From contig OX597814.1 in NCBI GenBank assembly GCA_951406725.2, positions 222,642,001-222,706,000 on the forward strand: DNA of 64,000 bases, written 5' to 3'. This document shows positions 28,946 to 43,167 of the stretch, one piece after another. The position numbers were made by a program, and so were the translations under genes. Every line of letters begins with the position of its first letter. Position 1 is the first letter of the stretch. This DNA comes from Octopus vulgaris (Eukaryota). The notes below the pieces were generated by a model that worked only from the letters and a program-made list of their open reading frames with translations, did no database searches and was not told the DNA's origin.

Positions 28946-29726
28946 ATCCTGCCACGCAAATAACTTACTTCATCGTTTTCCTTTTACGGTAGAAACAATT
29001 TATATCATAAATTAGTGTAATAGTGCACAGAGAAAGTGGGCAATGTACTACTATTTAATGCCTCGAAATAGAAAATGCGGTTAAGGAAATTCTAATATCA
29101 TCTTACACGAAACTAAAATTTATTCAACATAATAGATTTTGTTTTTTAAGTTTTAGCAATTATAAAATTTATGTATATATAGAAGAATGTTTTTGCATGA
29201 GAAAACAATTAGTATAAAATTTCACAGCCAAGAGAACAAGTATAAAATCTTGTGTGGGTTTGAGTATGCAAGTGTATGCGTGTGTGTCTGTGTGTATGAG
29301 TTTGTATGCTATGTGGGTCTGGATGTGGATGTATGCAGATATGGGTCCGTAGGAGTGCGTGGGAGCGGATAAGGAAGGAAGGAAAAGCACGCATATAATG
29401 CCCTAAAAAATACGTGAATGTGTGTGTATATATATATATATATATATGCAGCCAACAAACATATACATATATGCCAATGTATACAACAGATTTTAATTTG
29501 AATTATGCGTTAACATGATGGAAGATATTCTTGATAAATCGAAACAATTGTGATGTAAAATAGAAAAAAGAAAGTTAATGTTAAAAAAATATTTCCCTCT
29601 CATTTTCGCAGATACATTTTGAAGAAAGCATTTAAATAAATGTTGAAGAATTGACGGAATTCAAACTAAAAACACAAATAAAAATTAATTAGCAAACTTT
29701 CAACATACGCACAAGTACACACATGT

Positions 29727-29809
<83 letters not shown>

Positions 29810-29935
29810 TGTGTGTGTATATATATATATATGTATGTATGTATGTATGTATATATATGTATGTATGTATGAATATACGCGTGTGTGTGTGTGTGTGTGT
29901 GGTGTGCGTTCGTGTGTGTGCATGTGTATGTGTGT

Positions 29936-29984
<49 letters not shown>

Positions 29985-30509
29985 ACAAGTTCATTGTGAT
30001 ATATATATATAATAGATTTCCGTATCAGTGCGCTAAGAAATTTATTCATTCAGAAAATGAAAGCTAAAATAAATTAACGCGAATGAAGAAAACATTAAGC
30101 TAGCAGAAAAGGCTGCCACTCAATTGAATAAGAACTCTGAATGAGACTAGCTTTTAAATACGATAGGATTGTTATACTTTTCATTTTGACAAATATGAAA
30201 GTATGTTATGTCGAGATAAAAGTGACATAGAACATTTTTCTTCAATATTAATGGCCTCTTTTTTTTTATATCATATTTGTAACGCGATTTTGGCATTAGT
30301 TTTTATTTTGTCATGTATTCTATTATTCGTGTTTGTATCTAATTTATTAACATATGTCATACTCATTCGTTTCTTAGAGTCAGTTCTTTCCCTGCCAACA
30401 TGTTACAAACATGCACATGGAAACACTCATACGTACGTAAATATATTCATACATACATACATACATACATACATACATACATACATACATACATACAGGC
30501 ATACATACA

Positions 30510-31060
30510 TGGTGGCTGCCCCCTCGTTATCGAGTATGGCCATTGCACGAAGCTTAATCAATGTTGTTATCGTGCAATGCCTGTGCAAGAAGATTTTTTT
30601 AAGTGAGGAAAGGCTGTGCACTGAGTCAATCCCACTCACTAAGCAACAGCAGCCATAACCCGAAAAGAAGAACAAGTCAACATCATTGGTAACCACTGAG
30701 CCTCAGGTTTTATGTTGGAGTTATCCCAGTTACCTGAGTTACCTTCTCCTAGAAGGATGCTCTAACAAAGGCTAGGAGTCCTTCACTCCCGATGATTTAA
30801 CCACGCGATCGGGTATTCAGTCCGATTATTTCTATGTCTCCGCGCATGATACAGCCTTAAGACAGTTATTGGATGGCCGTTGACTCTCAATAGTTCCTCC
30901 GCCCTTTGACGGGTTTTGTTTTTCATCCTGCAGGGTGTCCAATAAACACCCTCCTCGCCAAGCAAGCTTGGTGGAGTTGCCGCTTTAGTCACCAACGACC
31001 TGACCATGCAACATGTTGTACTGGGTTACATGTTACCAATAGCACTCGAAAGTGACCTGA
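30510..31060 (-). mobile_element. Retroposon relic, possibly RTE-related non-autonomous element
   Basis: GC-richer insert between (CATA)n tracts; CCTTCTCCTAG..GC..AC.AAGGCT motif resembles RTE-type 5' UTRs on the opposite strand; no ORF support. Confidence 0.4.
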
Positions 31061-31148
31061 CATATATACATACATGCATGTATGCATGCACACACTCACA
31101 CAAACAGACACGTACTTACACATAAGCACACGTATATAATTTCATTTA

Positions 31149-31960
31149 TACACTGAACCGCAAAAGTAACGTGATTTTTTCAAATGTCATTTCTATATGG
31201 TAAATTCTGAAGATTTATTTCGGAGATGTTAGTGTAAATATTCCAAGATATGCTGGTTTATGGCTGAGACTCAAATTGTAGGTAACCTTTCAACTTTCCC
31301 TGAAACGTGACGCCAAAACGTAGTTGCATTGAGTGCCGTGGGTGAAAATCGCAAGCCATTGTCATCAAAACCGAAATGCACAGGCATCTCGTGGAAGTTA
31401 TGGGTATACAATTCAACTTGAACTGCGTTCCTGGTATTCGAAAGTTGTCCCTTTTTGGCTTCCGACGTGGTTATTTAAGGCTAGTAAGCTTCGTAGCTTC
31501 TTGCTTTATGTGCGTCTAGACACTTTGTTTCTTCCGCGCGAGCGGAACTGTTGTCGTTGTTCCCCTTTGCTTGAGTAGGGGAAGCGTGTGATTGATAAAT
31601 GAAGTGTGGCGAAATTAGCTCTTCCGACATGAATTCGTCGGAGGCTGAGCTAGTGAAGTGCGTAAATGATATGGAGGAGTGATTGAGGGAGAGAGAAACA
31701 AATGAAAAGAAGAGTTTTGCGAATGTAACCGAAACTAAAAGGAAAGATTTAAAAATCAAAATGCAGGAGTTGAAAATGTATGGAAACATATTGCTAAGGG
31801 AGGGGCATGAAATAAGATTGATACCCTCCCGGTGACGTGACTCAGAACGTAGAAAAAAAACAGTGATATTCAAAACGTTCATTAGAAAATAAAAAATAAA
31901 AATTCATTAACGTAGCAAAGAGGAAAGAAATTGATAAGTGTTTTGACTGTTTCCCCTGTA
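31149..31960 (+). mobile_element. Unclassified repeat, probable DNA transposon relic
   Basis: First ~145 bp shared with 3545-3690; begins TA-CACTG; no coding motifs seen. Confidence 0.4.
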
Positions 31961-31984
31961 CCTGCAAGGTATGTTGCAGGTATC

Positions 31985-33235
31985 TATGAGTGGTTGAAAA
32001 CATATCTTACAGTTGAATAAATATCACAGCTGAATAAAGAAAGTTTGGACCTCAGAATTCTCTGCATTCAATAAAACAGTGACCCACAATGTGTTTGCAG
32101 TGCCAGTACTCACACCAACATTTGGGCTGCTTGATTGGGCGCTTGATTAGATCCGAGCCATTGATGTGAAAACCCCCACAATACTAACAAGCACACATAC
32201 TTTCACATAAACAGTGATGTAGACCACCTGAACTTAAAATGGCAGAGACCTCACATCGATCGAAAATGCCTTTGATTGTCGCATCATATCCTTTAGGTAA
32301 CATCTTTTATCTATCATGCGTGAAGTGCATCCCTTGACCAAGATGCATACATGAAGCTGATAACATGATGAGGTTTGGAAGGCAGCTCCTTGAGCAACAC
32401 TCTTTGTCTGATAACCTAGAATACATGCCAAAATAAGTTGCATGACTTTCATCAGATGAAAGGATGAGCCTATATGAGCAGAAGACTATGTCTGGATATG
32501 TTAGTAGATAGCTCCGTGATGATAGAAACATCGATCATCAAAGCAGTTGATCGTGGACCAATAGCCGGATTATTACCTCCCACTTCGAAGGGAGTCTAGG
32601 ATCAAGAAATATCCACCAAGTACCTGATGCACAAAAGGGATACTGATGCGGGGAAAGACGTAAAATGTGACAACCGATGCAGATTTTGTGGAGTTCACAA
32701 TAAAGATATCACCCACATCATAAGCAGTTGTCCGAAAATGTCATCACAGTATTATCTACCGACGAGACATGTCGTTGTAACAAGAATCATTTATAATGAA
32801 ATTCGTTGGATGGATAATCCCGAGGACAAAGGAATAAGAACCCACAATATGGTAGGAGCCATACCCACTCCTAATAAAAAGGAGTACTGGTGGAATGTTA
32901 ACAGTGTAGACCTCAATCAAATGTAAGCACAACCGACCTGATATAATGATTTGGGATAGAGAAGAGAAACTGTGCACAGTTGTGGAAATTAACTGCCCAG
33001 CGGATGTTAAAATAAAGCTGAAGATCAGTTAAAAAGTGTATATCCAGATTATTAATTCAGGTTTATACCTGTAATTATTGGGGCCCTGGGATAGGTAACA
33101 CACTGCCTAAATACCAATGTTGGGAAAGTAGGCTTTTCAAAACCAGAAAGGAGAAAGCTAATTCGAAGGCTACAGATCCAATCTATTATGGAACTGTAAA
33201 AATCTGTAAAACTTTCCAGAAGTTTATCATTTAAA
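31985..33235 (+). mobile_element. R4/Dong-like non-LTR retrotransposon, 3' part (restriction-like endonuclease)
   Basis: CRFCGVHNKDITHIISSCPK..RH (CCHC) in ORF 32627-32926, then HNRPDIMIWDREEKLCTVVEINCP (PD-D/E) and IPVIIGALG. Confidence 0.85.
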
Positions 33236-33319
33236 TATGAGCATGTCTAGATATGTAACGCTATGCATGTATAACACATACAAATCTACACATACCTAAA
33301 TACATACCTACATGCAGAC

Positions 33320-33572
33320 AGACATACGTACATACATACACACATACATACATACATACATACATACATACATACATACATACATACACACACATACATG
33401 CATACATACATACATACAACACATACATACATGCATGCATACATACATACATACACACACACACATGCATACATACGTACATACATACACACGCACATAC
33501 ATATATACATACATACATACATACATACATACATACATACATACATACATACATACATACATACATACATAC
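33320..33572. repeat. (CATA)n microsatellite
   Basis: Direct inspection. Confidence 0.95.
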
Positions 33573-34454
33573 AAAACTACCCTGTTGTTCATGTTGAAAA
33601 TCCAATGAAGGAATCTCGAATCAAGGTTAGAAACCGGTTCTTTCTCTATTGGCAAAAATCTTGAAATAAAATGAAGAATGACTTACATACATATAGTCCG
33701 TATATATTGCATGTGAATGCGTGTGTGTGAATGTTTATTCACACAAGATGTAAAATGATACATTTACATCACGAATATATTAAGCCTATATGAATGTATA
33801 CGCACTTTGTTCATCTTCAATTCTACGCAGGTGATGAATATAGAAACCAATATCTCATCAATTCTACCTTATTAATTTAATTTCTTTTCATGTTTCATCC
33901 ATCCTTCCTTCTTCAAGAACTCATGCACTAACATATATAATTACTCTTCATTGTAGAATTAGTTATACGTCTTCTCTTCCACCGTTTGTTTTCTACAGTT
34001 CCACTTTCTAACAGCATTTAAAATTTTTTTGGTTCTATATTTTTTCTTTTACGTATAGACTTTACTCAATAGAAAACTGTAGATATACATTACTACAACT
34101 TTAATAATATATATCTATTTAGTTGATTATCACGATCAGCATAATGTGAACATGAACAAGATTCCCACTTAAATAAATCTACGATATACTTTATGAAATA
34201 TATCTATTAAATAAAGATTGACATTTGTTTCCTTTGCCCATTCATCACTATATTGTTAATGCTCTTGTTATCACTAATGCTGTTCTCATTTTCTACATAT
34301 ATTTAGTATTACGTGCCTTAGATCATTCTGAAAGGAATAAAGTGATTTTACATTATATTTTATCTCCGGTAAATAAAATTATATTCAATTTTCTGCTCGA
34401 AGCATGCTAATTTTTTAAAATCATTTTTTAAAGATTTCGTCATTATTATTATTA

Positions 34455-34509
<55 letters not shown>

Positions 34510-35215
34510 TATTATTATTATCATCATCGTTATCATCATCACCATCATCATCGTCATCACTATTATTCTCATTATAATCTTTGAAATAGTTTTTTAAGAT
34601 TTCCTATTATGAATACTGATTTTGTATTTATTGATGTTAATGTTACATTTTTTTTTACATTTGCAATTAAAGTAATGATCTCTATTTAAAAATTAAAAGC
34701 AGTGATAAAAATGTGAAAAGTGAAATATAGACATATATTTCAGAAAAAAATCGGAAAAGAATGAATAGGGGAAAAAAGTAAGACAGTAAGAATACAGTAA
34801 GAAATAAATGTAAATTATGGCAGAAAAAAATCAGCAGTTGAAGAAACCATAAAATATATATATATATAAACCAGAGTTAGTATGACGAGACTAATTGAAT
34901 TAATCGAACGTATAATTTTGAAGCGGACATTCATGAATTCTAATTGACATGATGTGAATCCACTTACCTTCAGTCAAACAGATGAATTTCAATGGAATAT
35001 GTGTATATATGTGTGTGTGCGTATGAACGTGCGTGAGTGTGGGTATGTGTATTCATGCGCAAATAATATAGACACTTGTATGTAGATGTTAAGATAAGTT
35101 TATTATTTAAAGCACACTTAAGCGTAAAACGGAATACTTATGTACAGTTTTCTTAGAGTAGACACAAAACTGCTGTTAGTATCATATTGATTGTGACTTC
35201 ATGAGGTGTGTATGC

Positions 35216-35264
<49 letters not shown>

Positions 35265-35437
35265 TAAGTTATAATTAATGTTAAGATTTGAAACTTAAAA
35301 TCTAAAATATAGCAACCAAACTGTATTTTGTGTTGGCCCTTAGTAGTGTGCCGGCAGAATTATGCCAAAACGATCGTTGTGATAAATAAAGTTTGCAGCA
35401 TACTCTGTCTTTCTTATTAACTATTTAGGGTATATGC

Positions 35438-35483
<46 letters not shown>

Positions 35484-35581
35484 GTTCAAATAAAGGTTAT
35501 AAACCTCAATTAGGGATAATAAAATCCAATGAATACACTGGTTTATTAACTATTACAAAAAGTATTGAAAATTAGATTCAA

Positions 35582-35974
35582 CTAGCAGTATCGCCCGGCG
35601 TTGCTCGGGTTTGTAAGGGAAATAACTATATAAGCATTTTTAGAGATGTAAAGTATAATAGCCATCTCAATATGGCTAACCACAAAGAGGGGGTTACTGT
35701 AGCTTTTTACGTTCTGAGATTTAATAATAATTTTTTAGAGAGTTACTTCCCTTATATATGCCAAAAATGCATTAAGAATTGGAAAAATTGATGGTAAATT
35801 TTTTTTAAATCGTAGACTCATCGTAGACGCTCGCTAGTACCAAGAAGGGCTCGATATGAATCACGACTATAATATACCCGGTTTTGGTTAAACTGCACCG
35901 CAAAATGTGGCAGTAGTTAGGAATCTAAATCGTAGGAGACAGACAGCACACAACTTCACATTTATATATAAAGA
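35582..35974 (-). mobile_element. Non-autonomous Helitron (393 bp)
   Basis: Minus strand starts TC(TTTATATATAAATG), short CTGT repeat, ends with hairpin CCCGAGCAACGCCGGG then CTAG; inserted between A and T. Confidence 0.85.
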
Positions 35975-36026
35975 TATTCAACTGTAAGGTAATTGGTTAA
36001 ACCGGGGTAATATATATTTTTAAGAA

Positions 36027-36427
36027 AATAAGAAAATAGAGATAATCAAATTAATAATTATTTATTAATTACAACATTGGACACCATCTCTGACAGCTGT
36101 TTCGATTCAAGGCTTTGTAAATTAATTGATATAATTAAAAGCATTTTAACGATGAATTTCATCGGAGGTGGAAAAAGATATACACTTGCATTTTCATATT
36201 ATTGTGTGTTGAGTGCAGAGAGCAAATCCCTACACTCAACACGCAACAATATGAAGATATAAGGGCATGGGATCACCTTTTTCCACCTCTAATGAAATTC
36301 AACTTTAAAATGTTTTTAATTATACAAATTGATTTGCAAAATCTTGATTCGAAACAGCTGTCAGAGATGATGTCCAATTTTGTAATTAATAAATGATTAT
36401 TAATTTAATTATCTCTAATTTCCTATT
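36027..36427. mobile_element. Diverged ~400-bp fold-back palindrome with a decayed hammerhead in each arm
   Basis: Arms pair around ~36225; right arm CTAATGA(36289)..TTGATTC-GAAA-CAGCTG-TC(36362); left arm on minus CCGATGA..TGAATC-GAAA-CAGCTG-TC; two-arm consensus CTGATGA. Confidence 0.75.
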
Positions 36428-37599
36428 GGACAAAATAATGAAAGCTCCTAGCATCATAGCATCATAATTTTGAAATATTTATAAAACCATCACATTCTTG
36501 TTTATTTTGTTTTGTTTTTTATTCATTATTTATGTTGCTAAATGTGTTTTGCTAAAATTGCTGTTTCTTTTCAAATATCACCAGAAAAAGGTAATTGAAA
36601 TTCATTAAAATAACAGATCTATCGGACTTTCAAAGAAGTCAAAGGCGCTAGCGTAACGAAAACGGCAGAAATGTTTGGTGTATCAAGAAGTATTGTCTCA
36701 AAAGTTATGTCAGCCTTTAAGAAAGAGGGAAAGACCTCCTCGTCGAAACAAAACTCTGAAAGAAAACCAAACCTTTCAGATAGGGACTGTGGGACTCTTA
36801 CGCGAATTGTTAGAAAATATCATAAAAGTACAGCTCCCCAAATTACTGCAGAGCTTAATGGCCACCTCGAAAACCCAGCTTCCACAAAACCGTTCGCCGG
36901 CAGCTGCACTAAGCCAGATATCTTGGGAGGGCTGCAATCAGAAAACCACTATTTTCGAAAACAAACGTTGCAAAGCGTTTAGAGTAGAGTAAAAACCTAC
37001 AGAATTGGTCCCCAGAGCAGTGGAAGAATGTTATTTTCTCGGACGAGTCATCCTTTTCTTTATTTTCTTCCACTGGCCGAGAATACGCGTGGAGACAGCC
37101 AAAAGAAGCATTTGACCCACACTGCCTTCTTCCAACTGTTAAACATGGAAGAAGATCTATGATGATCTGGGGGACTATATCTTGGAAATTCGCCGGTCTA
37201 ATGGTTTCCATTCATGGCGGAATTAATAGTCAACACTATCTAAGCATTTTATCGGATCAAATTCATCCTACGGTTGCGGAACTCTTTCCGGGGGGACACG
37301 CAATCTTTTAAGATGACAATGCACCAATTCACACTGCTAAAGTTGTTACTGAATTGGACGAGGAACATTCTAGTGAAGTTGAACATCTTATCTGGCCACT
37401 ACAGTCCCCAAATCTAAATATTATTGAACATTTATGGTTCAAGAATGGACAAAAATTCCTTTGGAAGCAATTCAAACTTTGTACGAGTTCATACCCCCTA
37501 GAAATCAAGTAGTAATTACTACCACAGGCGGTCTAACACTATATCAAAATAAATGTGTTTGAAATTTTAAGGTGTTTCCATTATTTTGTCCTACCTATG
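36426..37599 (+). mobile_element. Tc1-like transposon, decayed
   Basis: TIR remnants GGACAAAATAATG / CATTATTTTGTCC; HTH (FGVSRSIVSKV), WKNVIFSDES, LPTVKHG, DDNAPIH, WPLQSPNLNIIEHLW. Confidence 0.92.
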
Positions 37600-38119
37600 T
37601 ATGTATGTATGTATGTATGTATATAAATACATATATATATATATATACATCCATATATAATTATATCATTAAAGCTTTAAAGTTAAGTTATGGCATTATC
37701 TATCTTCTCAGGGATACTAGTTTTCCTCTGAAATCCCACTGCGCCGACTGCTGAGCATGCTCATACGATTTTTGACATAGATGGAATTACTGAATTCATA
37801 TTCCTACATCTGCTAAAGCAATGACAAACTTCTTAAAAAACACATAGTTTGATTCAGACAACATCGTAAGTATCAGTTACAAATAATGTTACAAACAATC
37901 CAACTACTGGTTCCTGCCAATGCAGCAAAATAATTCAGAAGCCGTGTTAGTGTATGCAGATATAAAATCAAGCGTGAGATGTTGAAATCATTTAGATTTT
38001 CTTGGTAAGCCGGTGTACTTTCACAAAAGTTGGAACCAATTTTTGTTCTTTCTTCAACTGGTGAGATGACCACTTATAAACCATATGATCAACATAAGAT
38101 AATTATGAGTCGGTAAAGG

Positions 38120-38310
38120 TAGTAGGTTGGAGAATCATTCGGTCATTGGAACAATTCTTTTCAGTGTTCGTTTTCACCATTTAAGATTTGGGTTCAAATT
38201 CTGCTGACCTCCACATTGCATTATATTTTTTTTAGAAATCGATGAAGCAACGTACAAATAATTTGGATCGATGTATCAAGCTCTTAAATTTTCTTTTTTG
38301 TGTCCCAATT
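38120..38310 (+). mobile_element. Very old SINE family C copy
   Basis: GGTTCAAATTCTGCTGA..TTGCATT..TCGAT..GTAC..TCGATGTATC. Confidence 0.45.
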
Positions 38311-39064
38311 AGCAACAATTAACATGAGGCAGGCAAAAACAAAGGATCAGAAAGCTGAATTATTGAAACGCATAACCTCGTTATAAAATGTAGATTATAA
38401 AGTTAAATCGTATCAAATCTACATTAGGAATTAAATGTGTGAACGCAGCTTCCTAGCTACAGGACAGATAAATAATTACAGAAACGACTGGTACTACGAT
38501 GGAGACTAGAAGCAGAATGATTTTCATACCACTTGAATTTCGGCTAATAAAAGAAGTGTAAGAACAATGTATGTGGTTGAAAACTACGCAATTTACGGCT
38601 TAAGACATGGTTTTGATAAATGCCTCAAACATTTTCGGTATTGATGAGTAAAGTAATAAAACAATCCGTAGGTTTTGCTATATAGACCCCATGTAAATAA
38701 TATTGGGATCTAGTAGAAGTATAAATAGTGCTAGAAATGTGGAACTCGTAACTGGTAGCTTTTATTCAAACTATTTGTTCTAATTTTAAAAATCTAAATT
38801 TCCAAACAAACTCTGTTTATTTAAGTGTAATTAAAAAATACTTATCGTATGGATTACTACTAAGGTTGTGATATCGGAAATGGGTACATATAATTCACAT
38901 TAATTTGAATTCATTATAACTTCTTCAGATGCAAGTTGAACGTTTTACACACATCTAATTCCAATATTTGCATTTTAATTAAGAAACTGTTTTAATTAAT
39001 TCCCTGTGAATTATATATACATTATAGCAATTCATACATCTTCAGATTACAAATTTATATATAC

Positions 39065-39240
39065 ATCATCATCATCATCATTGTTCGACCGTGGTCGAAA
39101 CAATGGAATTTACTATGTTACGCCAGACTTCACGGTCCATCATAGCATTACGGAGGTCCTGTTGCTGGATGCCTGTATCCCTGGAGATTACATCAGGGTA
39201 GGAGAGTGTGCGCCCTCTGGTATTGCGAGTAGGTAACTAC
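39065..39240 (-). mobile_element. RTE-clade LINE 3' end
   Basis: Minus-strand translation RTLSYPDVISRDTGIQQQDLRNAMMDREVWRNIV..* followed by a (TGA)n tail; DR..WR is typical of RTE C-termini. Confidence 0.75.
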
Positions 39241-39587
39241 TATTCCAGAGTATAGAAACTGCGTTATCGTTATTTTAATGCACATTGATATATTCGTGAA
39301 CCGTTTTGTTATATATATATATATATAACAATAAATTTAAGTTCGTATATTCTTCTTAATATGAACTCGTATCTTCTATTTATAAAGTATTGGATTACAT
39401 AATTCGTTTAATGTTTCCTGAGAAACGGATATGATTGATATTGAAATCAGTAAAATATACACTAATACAGATACTTTGTGTTAATATTGGATTATATCGT
39501 AAGTAGATTTCTATCTAATTGTATGATATTAATCTTCATGCAACTGTCAATGAATGCAAACACACACACACATTCATATGTATATAC

Positions 39588-39680
<93 letters not shown>

Positions 39681-39686
<6 letters not shown>

Positions 39687-40041
39687 TAAATGAAAGAATG
39701 TAGTCGAACGACGATTTTAACAAAATTCCTTTACTCTCGACATATGTTTCGAAGACTGCATATTCTTAATTCCGAAGGAATAAAGGGTGCACCCTTTATT
39801 CCTTCGGAATTAAGAATATGCAGTCTTCGAAACATATGTCGAGAGTAAAGGAATTTTGTTAAAATCGTCGTTCGACTACATTCTTTCATTTACTTATAGT
39901 TATAAAAATCACACAAATATCCACACGAGAACACGAGATTTCTGCCCTTGGCATGTAGCTTCAACCGTGTTTTCTGACGTGAATTTGCTACCCGGGTATC
40001 GGTTAACCGAATTATCCATACTAGGATAATTAATTCAACTA

Positions 40042-40043
<2 letters not shown>
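39681..40043 (+). mobile_element. Perfect 218-bp fold-back (39681-39898) plus ~145-bp unique tail, inserted in (TA)n; PLE pLTR-like
   Basis: 109-bp arms centred on GTG|CAC (39789/39790), no spacer; the right arm has TGCAGTCTTC-GAAA-CATATG-TC-GAGAG (hammerhead 3' half). Confidence 0.85.
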
Positions 40044-40100
<57 letters not shown>

Positions 40101-40675
40101 GTCATATCTAGAAGGGATTACCACCATTTATAAGTGGATTGATTGAAAAGCTGTTGATATTTAATCCATACGCGGTGCCGTGTGCACATTCTCTTCGTTC
40201 GACGTTATCGTATTTACAAAAAATAAATATTTACAAATATACAATAGGAGGACAAAATCTAATAAGGGAAACAAGAGGAGATACATAGGGCAGACATTCA
40301 CTGATGAGATCACAGAATGTGTGACCAAATAAATTTAACAGACGTATAAAGTAAAAGTAATACGAATAAAATCTAAAGTGAAGATCAAATAAATAGTTCG
40401 TGTGTTAAATTGGTAAAATTTGACAATCACCAGGAATAACAATATTACCAAACAATTATATTAAAGCTGACTCAGCCTTCGACATGTACAAATATATTAT
40501 GCCAAACATATATGTTCGGTATTTTTAATTCGTACGTCAAATTCTAATCAGTCGAACATATTTGTATCATGTTTCAGAATTAATTGTCTGTATTCTAGTT
40601 TTTGTAGGCGGATTTAATTTTCAGTTTCAGGAAACAAATTCATGAAAATTTTGTTATAATTCGAAAGCGCTAACA

Positions 40676-40715
<40 letters not shown>

Positions 40716-40773
40716 CATGCACACACATACACACACACAAACACATACACACACATATATGTGTATGCATATG

Positions 40774-40891
<118 letters not shown>

Positions 40892-42683
40892 CATATATAC
40901 ATATAAATATATATATATGAATAAGTAAACTTGTGTATGTGAATATGCATGTATGTATACGTACGTATATGTATGTACAAAAATGTATAGGTGCATTTAT
41001 GTGTGTTTCGGTCTATGAGTGTGTGTGGTGAAAGCAACGGTCAAATAATAAGGAGACTTGCTCTTCGATAATGGTTTCCTAAATTCGAACTTGCTCTAGA
41101 CATATTCCATGTAATGTTAGTGGAACACTATGCCACTAAGAAAATTAAACAAAAGGTAAGTAGTTCCATTGATCGCACAATCGTATTAAAGTTTGTCGAA
41201 ACCAGCGTGAGGCCCATTCTTATCTGTGTTGCTTTTTGTGTTTGTATGTGTCTTTGTATCCCCCTGTCTCCCCCTCTCTCTCACTCTCTCTGTGTATGTG
41301 TGGGTGGAGTGAAGTAATTTAAACTTGAGTAGAGAACAAGTTTCGATCGATCGATTATTAGGCTGCAGACAACAAACAGCAATCCAGCTGTGGAAACAGC
41401 GTCGGCTGGCGGGCTTTTAGTACACTAAGCATTCTTTAATTTCTACATAACTGACCACATAGAATGCAGTTTCAGTAAAGAATCCTACTTCACTTCGAGA
41501 GAGCACAAACAAATACTAATATCCGGATTATACAAACATCCAGACAATCTTGTTATTAAACCAAAGGTTAAAAACAATTCAAATGCTAATTGTGATAGTT
41601 TGAACGTATTGTCAGATAATTATTTCAAGTGTCTATTTTAACAAACCATAACATCTCAATTGAAAAGTCCAAAGTTAATGTTTATATTTAACTATATATT
41701 GCGTTTATATGTTATTTGTATCTATGGCTGTGTATACGTATCGAAATGTGTGAGTGTGCATTTAATTGTATATGGGAGTGTGTGTGCGCCTTCGATTTGT
41801 TTCTACAAACAGAAATAGTCATTATTATATCACGTTAAATAATAGGAATACTTATATACAGAAATAGACACCTGCCCATATACACAGAATTCTGTTCAGC
41901 TGCCTCTTCTCTTCTTCAGTTTCTATTTCGCTTTCAGTTATATTAACTTCAATTAGCATCTTGTATGGCCCAGTGAAATGCTCTCTACATACGTATCTAT
42001 GTATGCAAACAATTTATACGTTTCCATTCTTGTTGTGCGTGCGTGCGTGCGTGCCTATAATTGTAAGTGTGCGTGCATGTACGCGAGTATATATGAATGT
42101 GCATATGTGCGAATGTGTATAAATATATATACATACAATTTTGGTGCTTCATCTGATATGCATATCTGTATAAGCATATCGTATTCATTACGTGTATGCG
42201 ATTTACGGAATGACAAACTGAGAGTTACAGAGAAAGAATGAGCGAAATATTTTCATGAATCAATGTATCACTTTCTTTTTTGGTTTTTATGGAAGTTTAC
42301 GAATGTATGTATGTGGTGGCATGTGCATATATACATTTATATACGTTCGTACCTATGATTTTTATCGACTGTTTATCTATTACGCAACGCGCTGATGGCT
42401 ACATCTACATGAATTACTGAGTGTTGTAGAGGTCAAAAATTAAACGCGTGGGATCTTATATGGTTAAGCAGAAGTCACTCACACAGCACGCGCGCACACA
42501 CACATACACAACCCACCCACCAACACAAACACACAAAAATACACATGTTTAGCTAAAATGTCTATACGTTATTACTCTACCACTCGGAGACAGTTTGGGA
42601 GTGCAGAAGCTCCACAACCCCAGGCATATACGCTGACAAACAAAAGCACACATCGTTTATATATTTATCTATCTTTCACTGTG

Positions 42684-42735
<52 letters not shown>

Positions 42736-42862
42736 AATATATATATATGTATACATATAGTTAAAGTTAATCCAAACAAGAAAACACAGAAAAAAACACA
42801 GCAACGCGAGGACGTGGAACAATTAAAGTATTATTTGACGCTCAGGAAAGAAGGGAAGGAGG

Positions 42863-42897
42863 GTTTAACGTTTCGAGCGGAGCTCTTCGTCGGAAAC
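42863..42897 (-). ncRNA. Minimal type-I hammerhead-like motif (U4C) in a ~220-bp insert (~42760-42980)
   Basis: GTTT-CCGACGA-A-GAGC-TCC-GCTC-GAAA-CG-TT-AAAC: stems I and II pair; palindromic AACGTT stem III. Confidence 0.7.
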
Positions 42898-43119
42898 AAA
42901 GGAGAAGGAAAGATCCCGAGAAGGGAAGACAGAGGAAAAAAAGTTTTTTGATGGTGGTGCTCAAGAGATCACATGTTGAAAATATATACAGGTATATTTA
43001 CATATACCTGTTTATATATGGATATTTATGACATTATATATGTATATGTGTATACATGTATATATATATATATATAAATATATAAATATGTATGTATGTA
43101 TATATATATATATATATTT

Positions 43120-43167
<48 letters not shown>

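Noticed and set aside
29510-29560. GAAACAATTGT palindromic stem III (similar at ~61121 and, looser, ~56405)
   Set aside because: No recognisable 5' core; too decayed to call.
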